Assembly: GCA_963707915.1 (NCBI GenBank)
Contig: OY970178.1
Coordinates: forward strand, 3,264,001 to 3,328,000
Length of the DNA stretch: 64,000 nt
Direction: 5' to 3'
Source of the DNA: Candidatus Eiseniibacteriota bacterium
GTDB lineage: Bacteria > Eisenbacteria > RBG-16-71-46
The notes below the pieces were generated by a model. That model saw nothing but the letters and a program-made list of their open reading frames with translations. It ran no database searches and had not been told where the DNA came from. Position numbers and translations under genes: made by a program. This document shows, one piece after another, positions 41,297-51,500 of this stretch. Numbering within the stretch: the first letter of the stretch is position 1; the number at the start of each line of letters is the position of its first letter.

Positions 41297-42453
41297 GCGA
41301 GCGGCTGCGCGTGCTGGTCGCGATGAGCGGCGGGGTGGACTCGGGCGTGGCCGCCGCGCTGCTGGCCGAGCAGGGCCACGAGGTGACCGGCGTGACGCTC
41401 CGGCTCTGGTGTCACGGCCAGGCGTCCGTCGCGCCACGCGCCTGCTGCACGCTCGAGGCCATCGAGCAGGCGCGCGCGGTCGCGCGGCGCCTGGGGTTCC
41501 CGCACTACGTGGTCGACGCCGAGGAGGCGTTCCGCGAGCGCGTGCTGCAGCCATTCCTCGACGACTACGCCGCGGGCCGGACGCCCTACCCGTGCGCGCT
41601 GTGCAACCAGCACCTCAAGTTCGGCGACCTGCTGACGCGCCTCGACGCGCTCGGCGCCGACCGGCTGGCGACCGGGCACTACGCCCGCCTCGAGCCGCGG
41701 GAGCGCGGCGCGCCGGCGCTGCTGCGCGCCGCCGACCCGGCCAAGGACCAGTCCTACGCGCTGGCGCTCACGCCCCGCGCCGCGCTCCCGCGCCTGCTGT
41801 TCCCGCTCGGCGCGCTCACCAAGGCGGAGGTCCGCGCCCACGGCCGCCGGCTCGGGCTGGCGCTCTGGGACCGGCCCGAGAGCCAGGACCTGTGCTTCGT
41901 GCCCGACGGCGACTACGCCGGGTTCATCGCGCAGCGCCCGGGCGGGGCGCGGGGCGTGACGCCCGGCCCGTTCGAGGACTCCGCGGGCCGTCGGCTGGGC
42001 ACGCACCGCGGGATCATCCACTACACCGTGGGGCAGCGCCGCGGCCTGGGGCTGGCGGCGGCCGAGCCGCTCTACGTGCTCGCGGTGGATGCCGGGCGCA
42101 ACGTCGTGGTGGTGGGCGCGCGCGCCGCGCTGCTGGCGCCGGGGCTGGTCGCCGCACCGGTCCAGTGGCTGGTGGACGCGCCGCCCGCGGACGGCGCGCC
42201 GGCGGTGATCAAGATCCGCTACAACCACGGCGGCGCCGCGGGCACGCTCCACCCGCGCGCGGACGGTTCGTGCGAAGCGCGTTTCGAGCAGCCCCAGGCG
42301 GCGGTGACGCCGGGGCAATTGGCGGTGTTCTACGCCGGCGAGCGGGTGCTGGGTGGCGCGGCCATCGAGCACGCGCTGCCGGCGGGCCCGGCGGACGGCG
42401 CCCGCCCCGCGGCCCGTGCCGCCGGCACGGCGCCGGCGGCGGTGATGCCGTGA
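41293..42453 (+). CDS. mnmA: tRNA-specific 2-thiouridylase
   Basis: AMSGGVDS, TPYPCALCN, ATGHY, KDQSY, ESQDLCF, TVGQRRGL, VTPGQ. Confidence 0.96.
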   Translation: MSERLRVLVAMSGGVDSGVAAALLAEQGHEVTGVTLRLWCHGQASVAPRACCTLEAIEQARAVARRLGFPHYVVDAEEAFRERVLQPFLDDYAAGRTPYPCALCNQHLKFGDLLTRLDALGADRLATGHYARLEPRERGAPALLRAADPAKDQSYALALTPRAALPRLLFPLGALTKAEVRAHGRRLGLALWDRPESQDLCFVPDGDYAGFIAQRPGGARGVTPGPFEDSAGRRLGTHRGIIHYTVGQRRGLGLAAAEPLYVLAVDAGRNVVVVGARAALLAPGLVAAPVQWLVDAPPADGAPAVIKIRYNHGGAAGTLHPRADGSCEARFEQPQAAVTPGQLAVFYAGERVLGGAAIEHALPAGPADGARPAARAAGTAPAAVMP

Positions 42454-43403
42454 ACGGCCCGGCCGCGCTCCCGGTGCGCACGCTGGATTCGTGCGTGGCC
42501 TGCGGCAGTGCCGCGCTGCGTCCGTTGCCGCTGGTGTACGAGTTCCACGGCAGCTTCCCGCTGGTCGAGTGCGACGACTGCGGGCTGCGCTTCCTGCGCG
42601 TGCAGCCCGCGGGAGAGGGGCTCGCAGCGCTCTACACCGCCGCCTATTTCGAGAGCGACTTCCGCTGCGGCCGCAGCGAGGTGACCTACGCCTCGGAGGA
42701 GGCCTTCCGCGTCGAGAACGAGGGGCTGCTCGACGCCTTCGAGCGGCTCGCGCCGGGGCCGGACCCGGATCTCGCGCCGGTGCCCCCCGCGGGGGCATCC
42801 CGCCGGCTGCTCGAGCTGGGCAGCGCCGGTGGCTGGCTGCTCAAGCACGCGCGCGAGCGCGGCTGGCAGGCCCAGGGCGTCGAGCTCTCCGGCGATGCGG
42901 CGGAGCGCTCGCTCGCGATGGGGCTCGAGGTGTTCCAGGGCGACCTGCTCGCGGCCGCCCTGCCGGCGGACTCGTTCGATCTGGTCTACATGGGCGACGT
43001 GCTCGAGCACGTGCCCGACTGCCGCGCGGTGCTGGTCGAATCGGCGCGCCTGCTCCGGACCGGCGGACATCTCTACCTGCGCGGGCCGATCACCACGAAC
43101 TCGCTCGCGCGCCGGCTCGCCCTCGCGCTCTACGGCGCCGCGGGCCGCACGATCGTCCTGCACGAGCCGCCCTACCACCTCTGGGAATTCACCCCGGGGC
43201 CGCTGGAGCACCTCTTCGCCTCCGCCGGGCTCGAGGTGGTCGTGTCGCGGCAGAGCAAGATCCCGCCCGGCCGGGCGCACGGCGAGAAGTCGCCGTTCCA
43301 GCGGCTGGCGATGGGCGCGGTGGACGCGCTCAACCTGCCGCTGACCCGCCTGCTCAACGCCGCCGGCGACCGCATCGTGATGGTGGGCCGGAAGACGGCC
43401 TGA
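42450..43403 (+). CDS. Class I SAM-dependent methyltransferase
   Basis: N-terminal CVAC/CDDC, LLELGSAGG, DVLEH, PYHLWEF. Confidence 0.88.
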   Translation: MNGPAALPVRTLDSCVACGSAALRPLPLVYEFHGSFPLVECDDCGLRFLRVQPAGEGLAALYTAAYFESDFRCGRSEVTYASEEAFRVENEGLLDAFERLAPGPDPDLAPVPPAGASRRLLELGSAGGWLLKHARERGWQAQGVELSGDAAERSLAMGLEVFQGDLLAAALPADSFDLVYMGDVLEHVPDCRAVLVESARLLRTGGHLYLRGPITTNSLARRLALALYGAAGRTIVLHEPPYHLWEFTPGPLEHLFASAGLEVVVSRQSKIPPGRAHGEKSPFQRLAMGAVDALNLPLTRLLNAAGDRIVMVGRKTA

Positions 43404-43576
43404 ATCGCCGCCCCGGGCCGTTCTCGTCGCGGACCGCGCGTCCCCCGGACGCGCGAAATCCCGGTTGACAGGGTGCCCGGGCAGGTCAACCATTGTCCTG
43501 TTCGACCTCCGACCGGGTCAACTCCAGAGCGCCGCCGCCGACCATCGGGGGGCGGTGCCGAACCGACAGGTGCGCC

Positions 43577-45454
43577 ATGCGACACGCCCTCCGCATCTTC
43601 CTGCTCACGTTGGCGCTGGTCCTCATCGGGCTGGCGCTGACCCCCAGGGCCGTCCCCGCGCAGGACACCGCCGGCGGCGGCGTCCTGCCGTACACCGAGC
43701 GGATCCAGATCGGGCCGCCGCCGCCGTGCGCAGACTGCCCGCCGCGCATCTGCCCGGGCGAGCCCATCCCGTTCCTGATCGCCGGTTCGTTCCCCAACGG
43801 CTGCTACCGGGTCCGCGGACTCGAGTTGCTGCCCTCGCCCATCGCGGGCCCGGGCCCCGAGCCGCCGGTGGTGCGCGTCCTCGTCGACCATCTCAGCTGC
43901 ACGTTGTGCACGCTGAACGTGCCGCCCTGGTCCGCCGACACGACGCTGCCGGGGCTGCCGCCGGGAACCTACAACCTGATGCTGCAGATGGTGGTCACCA
44001 GCATCTGCGACTCGGTGCGCTCGGACACGACCTTCCGCGCCGGCCGCAGTCTTCACGGTAAAGGACACCTGCGCGGTGGTGCCGGTCGCGCCCTGCGTCA
44101 CGGCCGACTGGGTGCACCCGGGCGCCGGCTGCGACGCCTTCATCCGGCCGGGGGGCCGCGCCGCGGTCACGATGACGATCAACTCGGCCGTCCCGCTGGC
44201 GGGGCTCCAGGGCACGATCGGCGTCTCGCCGCCGGGATTGCTGGTCGCGGGCCTCGCGCCGGTCGGGCGCGCCGAGGGCATGCACATCGCCTGGGAGCGC
44301 ACGCACGGGGGCGCGAAGTTCGTGATGTTCGCCGATCGGGGCGCGCCCATCGGCGGCCTGCGCTGCGAAGCGGGCGCGCGCTGCGAGGAGCCGGTGCTGG
44401 CCGTGAGCCTGCTGCCGGACACCGACGCGGTGGTGCCGCCGGTCACCCACGTCTCGGTTGGGGACCTGCTCGGCTCCGACTCGCTGGGCGGCGCGGTGCC
44501 GCAGTGCCGGATCATGACGCTGGTGGTCGTCGAGGCGCGGGTCTGTGCCGGGCCGTCGTGCGACTTCAACCGGGACGGCCGGCTCGACGTGCGTGACCTC
44601 GTCTCGATGGTCCATTGCGTGCTCGGCAACGGACCGTGCCCCGACAGCTCGCTCGCGCGGGCTCGACTGCAACGGCGACGGGCGGACGAGCGTGGACGAC
44701 GTGTTGTGCTGCGCTCGCTCCATCCTGCACGGCGGCGAGCGCGACACCACGCCCGGACGCCCGGAGCCGGACGTCGCGGTCGAACTCGGCGAGCCGGTGC
44801 AGGAGCCCGACGGCCTGCGTGTGCCCATCCGGGTGCTCGCCGCCGACCGGGTCGGCGCGGCGCGCCTCGCGCTGGCGCTGCCGCTGGACCGCTACGACGT
44901 GACCGGGGTCGAGACCGGCGCCGGCGCGGGCGGGTGGCTCGAGCTGCACGAGGCGGTGGACGGGCGGTTGGTGCTCGGGCTCATCGGCCTGGACGCCGAT
45001 CGGCCGGCCGGAGAGTCGACCACGCTCGACCTCGCGCTGCGCCTCGCCCTCAAGCCCGGGCAGAGCGCGGGCGGCGAGGTCGGGATCGCCGACCTGCAGC
45101 TCTCCGGGCGCGACGGGGTCACGCTCGTGGTCACGGCCCTGCCGGTCGCCGTGCCGCTGCCGGTGCCGGAGTCGCTGGCGCTCTCCGCGGCGCGGCCCAA
45201 CCCGTTCACCCACGAGACCCGCTTCACGCTGAACCTGGAACGCGCCGCCGACGTGGAGTTGGCCGTGCACGACCTGGGCGGACGGCGGGTGGCCACGCTC
45301 CACCGCGGCCCGCTCGGCGCGGGGCCGCACGTCGTTCACCTGGCGCGGCCTGCGCGGCGACGGCTCGGCCGTGGCGAACGGCGTCTACTTCCTGCGGGCG
45401 CGCGTGGACGGGGAGCGGCTGGTCCGCAAGCTGATCCTGCTGCGCGGGAATTGA
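43577..45454 (+). CDS. Secreted Cys-rich protein with dockerin-like repeats and FlgD-Ig/T9SS-like C-terminal domain (several frameshifts)
   Basis: Signal peptide; CDFNRDGRLDVRDL and DCNGDGRTSVDD; RPNPF...VHDLGGRRVATL...GVYFLR...RKLILLRGN* pieced together across frames (shifts near 44045-44080, 44655, 45335). Confidence 0.65.
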
Positions 45455-45474
45455 GCGAACCGGGGGTCCGAACC

Positions 45475-45503
45475 GGGCGGGGCGCCACCAGGGTGCCCCG
45501 CCC
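45475..45503 (+). terminator. Hairpin after the secreted protein gene
   Basis: GGGCGGGGCGCC ... GGTGCCCCGCCC inverted repeat. Confidence 0.5.
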
Positions 45504-45521
45504 GGTCCGCGTCCGCCGCGT

Positions 45522-45550
45522 TTGACACCTCCGGGGGCGCTGCCTAGCTT
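45522..45550 (+). promoter_or_regulatory. Sigma70 promoter of the ABC operon (near-leaderless)
   Basis: TTGACA-N17-TAGCTT ending 10 nt before ATG 45561. Confidence 0.6.
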
Positions 45551-45560
45551 CGGCGGACCC

Positions 45561-46610
45561 ATGGCTCCTGACGCTCCGCTGAACCCGCCTGCGGTCGAGG
45601 TGCGCGGGCTCGCCCGCACGTTCCGCGCCGCGCGCGGCGGCGGCGAGGTCTGCGCGCTCGACGGCGTGGACGTGCGCATCGAGCGCGGCGAGGTCTTCGG
45701 GCTGCTGGGCCCCAACGGCGCCGGCAAGACCACGCTCATCAAGATCCTCACCACGCTGCTGTTCCCGACTTCGCGGCGAGGCGCGCGTCGCCGGGCTTCG
45801 ACGTCGTCCGCGACGCCCAGGAGGTGCGCAAGCGCATCGGGCTGGTCTCGGGCGGCGAGATCGAGCGGCTACGGCATCCTGACCGTGCGCGAGTGCCTGT
45901 GGATGTTCTCGCAGTTCTACGGCGTGCCCGGCGCGGTCGCCGGGCCGCGCATCGACGCGCTCATCGAGACCGCGGGGCTCGCGCGAGCAGGCCCGCACCC
46001 GCATCAACCGGCTCTCGACCGGGCAGCGCCAGCGCATGAACTTCGCGCGCGGCTTCGTCAGCGACCCCGAGGTGGTGTTCCTCGACGAGCCCACGCTCGG
46101 CATGGACGTGAACGCCGCCCGCGCGATGCGCGAGTACGTGGCGCGCTGGGTGCGCGAGCGGCCCGGCCGCACCGTGCTGCTCACCACGCACTACATGGCG
46201 CGAGGCCGAGGAGCTGTGCGACCGCATCGCCATCATCGACCGCGGCCGGCGTGCTGGCCTGCGACTCGTTCGCCGGGCTCCGGCGCCTGGTCGAGGGCGG
46301 GCAGCACGTCGAGCTCGAGGTGCGCGCGGGCGACGGCGGCACGCCCGCCCTGGCGTCGCTGGCCGGCGCGCCGCCGGCCTGGGGCGCGCCGCATCCCGAG
46401 CGCGGCACGCGCGCGCTCAAGTTCCGGCTGCCGCCCGGCGGCTCGCTCGCCGACGTGCTGCGCGAGCTCGAGGCGGGCGGCGCGCGGGTGGAGGCCATCG
46501 CGACGCGCGAGACCTCGCTCGAGGACGTGTTCGTCGCCCTGGTGGGCCGCGGCCTCGAGGAGTCGGACGAGCCCGGGGCCGACGGGGCCGCCCCCGCCGG
46601 GGCGCCGTGA
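45561..46610 (+). CDS. ABC transporter ATP-binding protein (multiple frameshifts)
   Basis: GPNGAGKT, LSTGQRQR, FLDEPT and LLTTHYM lie in different frames; C-terminal SLEDVF. Confidence 0.82.
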   Translation: MAPDAPLNPPAVEVRGLARTFRAARGGGEVCALDGVDVRIERGEVFGLLGPNGAGKTTLIKILTTLLFPTSRRGARRRASTSSATPRRCASASGWSRAARSSGYGILTVRECLWMFSQFYGVPGAVAGPRIDALIETAGLARAGPHPHQPALDRAAPAHELRARLRQRPRGGVPRRAHARHGRERRPRDARVRGALGARAARPHRAAHHALHGARPRSCATASPSSTAAGVLACDSFAGLRRLVEGGQHVELEVRAGDGGTPALASLAGAPPAWGAPHPERGTRALKFRLPPGGSLADVLRELEAGGARVEAIATRETSLEDVFVALVGRGLEESDEPGADGAAPAGAP

Positions 46611-47419
46611 GCGCGCTGGCGCTCAACCTGCGCGCGACCTGGGGGCGCGCCTACGGGCGGCTGGTCGGGGCGTTCCGCGAGCCCACCTGGCTCATCACCG
46701 ACGCCATCCTGCCGAACCTCGGCATGCTCGCCTTCGTCATGCTCTACCGCGCGCTGGGCGCGCCGCGCTCGTTCGAGGCGCTGGCCGTGGTGGGCGGGCT
46801 GCTCGCCACCTACTGGATCAACGTGCTGTGGGGCATGGGCGCGCAGTTCTACTGGGAGAAGCAGAGCGGGCAGCTGCAGCTCTACTTCGTCGCGCCCTGC
46901 TCGCGCATGGCCATCCTCTCGGGCATGGCGCTCGGCGGCTTCCTGCTGACCACGGCGCGCCTGGCGTTCGGCCTGTTCCTCGGCTTCGTGGTGATGGGCG
47001 TGCAGGTCGGGCCCTTCAGCCTGTCCGCGCTGCTCGGCGTGTTCGCGCTCACCATGGTGGCGCTCTACGCGCTGGGCATGGTGATGGCCTCGCTGTTCCT
47101 GCTCTGGGGGCGCGAGGCCTACCACCTGAGCAACGCGCTCTACCAGCCCGTCCAGTTCCTCTCCGGGCTCTACTTCCCGCTCCGCACGCTCGGGCCGCTG
47201 GGCATCGTCGCCGCCGGCCTCGTGCCGCTCGGGCTCGGCGTGGACGCGCTGCGCCAGGTGCTGCTCGGCGCCGGAGCCCACGCGCTGATGCCGCTGCGTC
47301 TCGAGGTGGCGCTGCTGGTCGTGCTGGGCGCGGCCTTCCTGTGGCTCGCGCGCGTGGCGCTCGCCCACCTCGAGTCGCTCGCCAAGCGCGAGGGGCGGCT
47401 GACGCAGAGGTGGCAATGA
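46607..47419 (+). CDS. ABC-2 type permease
   Basis: About six TM helices; WEKQSGQL, FLSGLYFP, GVDALR. Confidence 0.88.
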   Translation: MSALALNLRATWGRAYGRLVGAFREPTWLITDAILPNLGMLAFVMLYRALGAPRSFEALAVVGGLLATYWINVLWGMGAQFYWEKQSGQLQLYFVAPCSRMAILSGMALGGFLLTTARLAFGLFLGFVVMGVQVGPFSLSALLGVFALTMVALYALGMVMASLFLLWGREAYHLSNALYQPVQFLSGLYFPLRTLGPLGIVAAGLVPLGLGVDALRQVLLGAGAHALMPLRLEVALLVVLGAAFLWLARVALAHLESLAKREGRLTQRWQ

Positions 47420-47476
47420 AGGCGCGGTGGGTGGCGGGCCGGCGCGCGGGTCGGGCGACCCGGGGGAGGTGCTTCG

Positions 47477-48319
47477 ATGAGGGTGCTGGTCGCCCGCCTG
47501 CGGGCCTCGGCCTGGCTGGGGCTGCAGATCGAGTCCAACTGGACCGACCCGTTCCTGTTCACCGCCTACGCCATCACCCACCCGCTCGCCACCGCGCTGA
47601 TCCTGGCCGGCATGTACTGGGCCGTGGGGACGACCGCGCACGGCGCCGACACCTTCCGCGGCCTCTACCTGGGCAGCGCGTTCCACAACTACGTGGTCAT
47701 GGTGCTGGTCGGCATGGGCTGGATGATCGTCGAGGAGCGCGAGGAGTTCGAGACCCTCAAGTACGTCTACACCTCGCCGATCGGCATGTTCAACTACCTC
47801 GCCGGACGCTCGCTGGTGAAGCTGGCGCTCGCCACGCTCAGCACCGTGCTCACGCTGGCGGTGGGCTGGTTCCTGGTGGGGCTGCGTTGGGACTGGGCGG
47901 CGGTCCACTGGCTGCCGCTGGTCGCCGCGCTCGGGCTCGGCGTGTTCGCCACCGTCTCGCTCGGCTTCTTCGTCGCCGGCTTCGCCATGGTCATGCCGCG
48001 CGCGGCATTCACGCTGAACGACGGCATCGCCGTGGCGCTCTACCTGCTGTGCGGCGTCATCTTCCCCGTGGACCTGCTGCCGCGCGCGCTGCAGTGGGTC
48101 GCGCTCGCCCTGCCGTTCACCTGGTGGTACGAGGCGCTGCGCCGCTTCCTGCTGGGCCACGGCTCCAGCGCGTTGCTCAACGCGTGGTCGGACACCGCGC
48201 TGATGCTGTGGCTGTTCGCCACCACGCTGGTCTTCAGCGTGGCCGCCCACCTGGCCTACCTCGCCCTCGAGCGCCGCGCCCGCCAACTCGGGCGGCTGGA
48301 CCAGACGACGCTGTTCTGA
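47477..48319 (+). CDS. ABC-2 type permease
   Basis: GGAGG RBS; EEREEFETLKY, LCGVIFP, YEALRR. Confidence 0.88.
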   Translation: MRVLVARLRASAWLGLQIESNWTDPFLFTAYAITHPLATALILAGMYWAVGTTAHGADTFRGLYLGSAFHNYVVMVLVGMGWMIVEEREEFETLKYVYTSPIGMFNYLAGRSLVKLALATLSTVLTLAVGWFLVGLRWDWAAVHWLPLVAALGLGVFATVSLGFFVAGFAMVMPRAAFTLNDGIAVALYLLCGVIFPVDLLPRALQWVALALPFTWWYEALRRFLLGHGSSALLNAWSDTALMLWLFATTLVFSVAAHLAYLALERRARQLGRLDQTTLF

Positions 48320-48359
48320 GACAGGGTGCTGTCCGATAGCGACGGTGTGAGATTCGTCA

Positions 48360-48387
48360 TTGACGTCCAGCGCGTCGAGAGTAGACT
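48360..48387 (+). promoter_or_regulatory. Putative sigma70 promoter
   Basis: TTGACG-N16-TAGACT upstream of ATG 48545. Confidence 0.45.
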
Positions 48388-48544
48388 GCGGCGTATCTCA
48401 TTCATGGGCAGAGGCCGCATTGTGTTGGATATCGGCCCTCGCCACTGCCGGTACTGGCCCTCTATCAGCCACAGCCGTCAAGACCACTCCATTGTTGCGC
48501 CGCCGATGTCATTGAGTCATCGCATCAAACCGGGAGGATTCCAA

Positions 48545-51500
48545 ATGGGCCGCGCTAGCCGTAGGGCATTCCGTGCGTTGAGGCTGCCGGGACAGCTGCT
48601 GCTGGTCGCCATCGCCATGATTCTGACGGCCCCAGCGACGCAGGCTGCGGAAACTGACTATACATGGCTGTTCAATGGGTCAACGAACGGTTGGACCGCT
48701 TCGTCCGGCACTAGCGTTAGCAGTGCTGGTGGTAGCCTTCACGTGGTGTTCGCGACCGGCGGGGGTATCTACACGCCGGTCATCAACTACATCCCCGGGC
48801 AGGACACCTACCACCGTGACTACGTCCGCTTCGGCTATCAGATTGTGAGCGGCATGGTCGGACGGCTGCAATTCAACTTCTCTACGGACACACGGCCGAA
48901 TTTCAGTTCTACAAGCCGCGACCTCTCAGGATTGATCCGTGATGGCGGTTGGCACTACGTCACTTTCCGGGTCGATGACATCGGAGACTGGTCCGGCAGC
49001 AATCGGATCACGCAGATGCGCTTCGTGGCAATCGGCTCAGGTGGCGGGGGTGCCAGCGGCACGATGAACTTCGACTTCATGGCGCTGCGCGAAGACGACA
49101 AGCTGCCCCAGACCTATAGCTGTCCCCGTGGCACCGACATTGTCTCGGTATCGCCGGCGGGGTGGACGAACGGGCCCATCACGGTGACGGTCAGGGGAAA
49201 CGACCCCGGGCCGTACCTCTTTCCTGAGTGTGGACCCACGCCTCCTGATCAGTACGGCTCGGGCGTGGCTGTCTTCCGCTATGCTGTGAACGGCAGTTGG
49301 GCGGGAGTTGACTACAATGACCAGGACAGCCAGTGGCCGACTGGGTGGTCGCAGGCGTCGATCGAGGTGCCCCCCGGCAGCATGCGGGTGGGAGCGAATG
49401 CCTTTCTGGTGCACGCAAACGACCGCGTCGGCTTCCAGGCCACTTCATCCACATCTGCCACGCTCTATTACGATCCCACCCCCCCCGTAATCAGTGATGC
49501 CGGTACGTCGGGCCCGGGCACCTATAGCTCCAATGCGACAGTGACCTTCTCGCTTGACGACGAGGGCCGCAGCGGAGTGCAGGGCTACAGCGTCACGTGG
49601 GACAACTCGAGTCGCCCGGGAGCGCCCGCAGTCCTTGCGAGTTACGGTTCGGTCAGCATCGGTGATGGTGGTGCGCCCTACTCAAGTCATGCGCTCTACG
49701 TCCATGGTTACGACAACCTCGGGAATGCAACTACCAAGTACATGGGATCCTGGACGTACGTGCCGCCGCACTCGATCCTGGCAACCGCGGGGGCCAACGG
49801 TTCGATATCGCCAAGCGGGACCATCACCGTCGGCCACGGTGCGAGCCAGACCTTCACGATTACTCCCAGCGCCTGCTATCGCATCTCCGACGTGGTCGTG
49901 GACGGTGCGTCGGTGGGGGCGGTGAGCAGCTACACCTTCAGCAATGTTCAGAGCAACCGCAGCATCTCGGCGTACTTCGCGCTGAACACCTACGCAATTA
50001 GCGCCTCGGCCGGCGCAGGTGGCTCGATCAGTCCGGGCTCGGGGTCGGTGAACTGCGGATCGAGTCCGACCTACACGATCACTCCAAGCGCCTGCTATCG
50101 CATCGCCGACGTGGTCGTGGACGGTGCGTCGGTGGGGGCGGTGAGCAGCTACACCTTCAGTAACGTCCAGGCGAGCCACAGCATCTCGGCGAGCTTCGCG
50201 ATCACCACCTACACGATCAGCGCTTCCGCCGGCGCGGGGGGCTCGATCAGCCCGGGCTCCGTGTCGGTGAATTGCGGGTCGAGCCAGACCTTCACGATCG
50301 CTCCGAATGCCTGCTGTCGCATCGCCGACGTGGTCGTGGACGGATCGTCGGTGGGGACGGTAGGCAGCTACACGTTCACCAACGTCCAGTCCGGCCACAG
50401 CATCGCTGCGAGTTTCGCAGACGCGACCGCGCCCGACGTGCATGTGCTTTACCCGAACGGTGGCGAGAGCCTGGTCGCCGGCTCAATGGCCATGCTGACC
50501 TGGGTCGCGATCGACTCGGCCGGCGTGACCGGCGTGGACCTCTACCTCTCTCGCGGCGGACCGTCGGGGACCTTCACGCCACTGGTTGCCGGAATCCCCA
50601 ACAGCGGCACCGTTGGGTGGATGGTCACGGGGCCGGCGAGCAGCGACTGCTACCTGAAGGTGGTCGCGCACGACGCCAACGGGAATACGGGCGAGGACCG
50701 CAGCGACATGGCCTTTGCGATCGCGGTGGTCCGTGACAGCATCGTCTGGTGTCCGGAGCAACGCATCACCAGCGACACGCCGCACTCCGAGGCCCCCGAC
50801 CTGGCGGCGACCGCCTCCGGGGTCCATGTCGTTTGGCAGGAGAAGGCCGAGGGCGACACGGACTTCGGCGTGCGCTTCAGCAGCGGAGCGCGGCAGTGGC
50901 CGGCGGACACCCTGCTCTGGCAGTCGGCGCTCGCGCTCTCCGGGGCACCCTCGAGCCACAGTCCGAGCATCGCCGTCGATTCACAGGACAGGCTCCACGT
51001 CGTCTGGGTGCGCGACGAAGAGCCGGCGACCGAGGAGGTCTACTACCGCAGGTGGAACGGGACCTGGAGTGAGCCCGAGTGTCTGCGGACTGGGCAGAAC
51101 CCCGTGCAGCACCCCTCGGTCATGGTCGACGGCGCCGCCGACGTGCACGTGATGTGGTCGGAGTCCGTGCTGGGCCAGGGCACGATCTACCACAAGCGCT
51201 GGCACTCCGCGTGGGTGCCGGAGGAAGTCGTCTCTGCGGGGACCGGCCAGGCCGATCCGGACCTTGCGGCGGATCCGCAGAACCGGCTGCACGCCGTCTG
51301 GCTGAGCAGCGGGGGGGACGGCCCCGGTGTCTACTACAAGTCCTGGGACACCGCGTGGGGAGACGAGGGTCGCGTGAACGCCATACCGGTTGCTGCCGAG
51401 TCGCCGGCGGTCACCGTCGATGCCGTCGGCCGGATCCACGTCGTGTGGTCAGATTCGCGTACCGGCCATCCGGAGGTCTACTACCGCTCAGGCAACGGTA

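Noticed and set aside
39756..43403. 1215-aa IscS-methyltransferase fusion
   Set aside because: The middle is out-of-frame read-through over mnmA caused by the frameshift and stop-poor GC-rich DNA.
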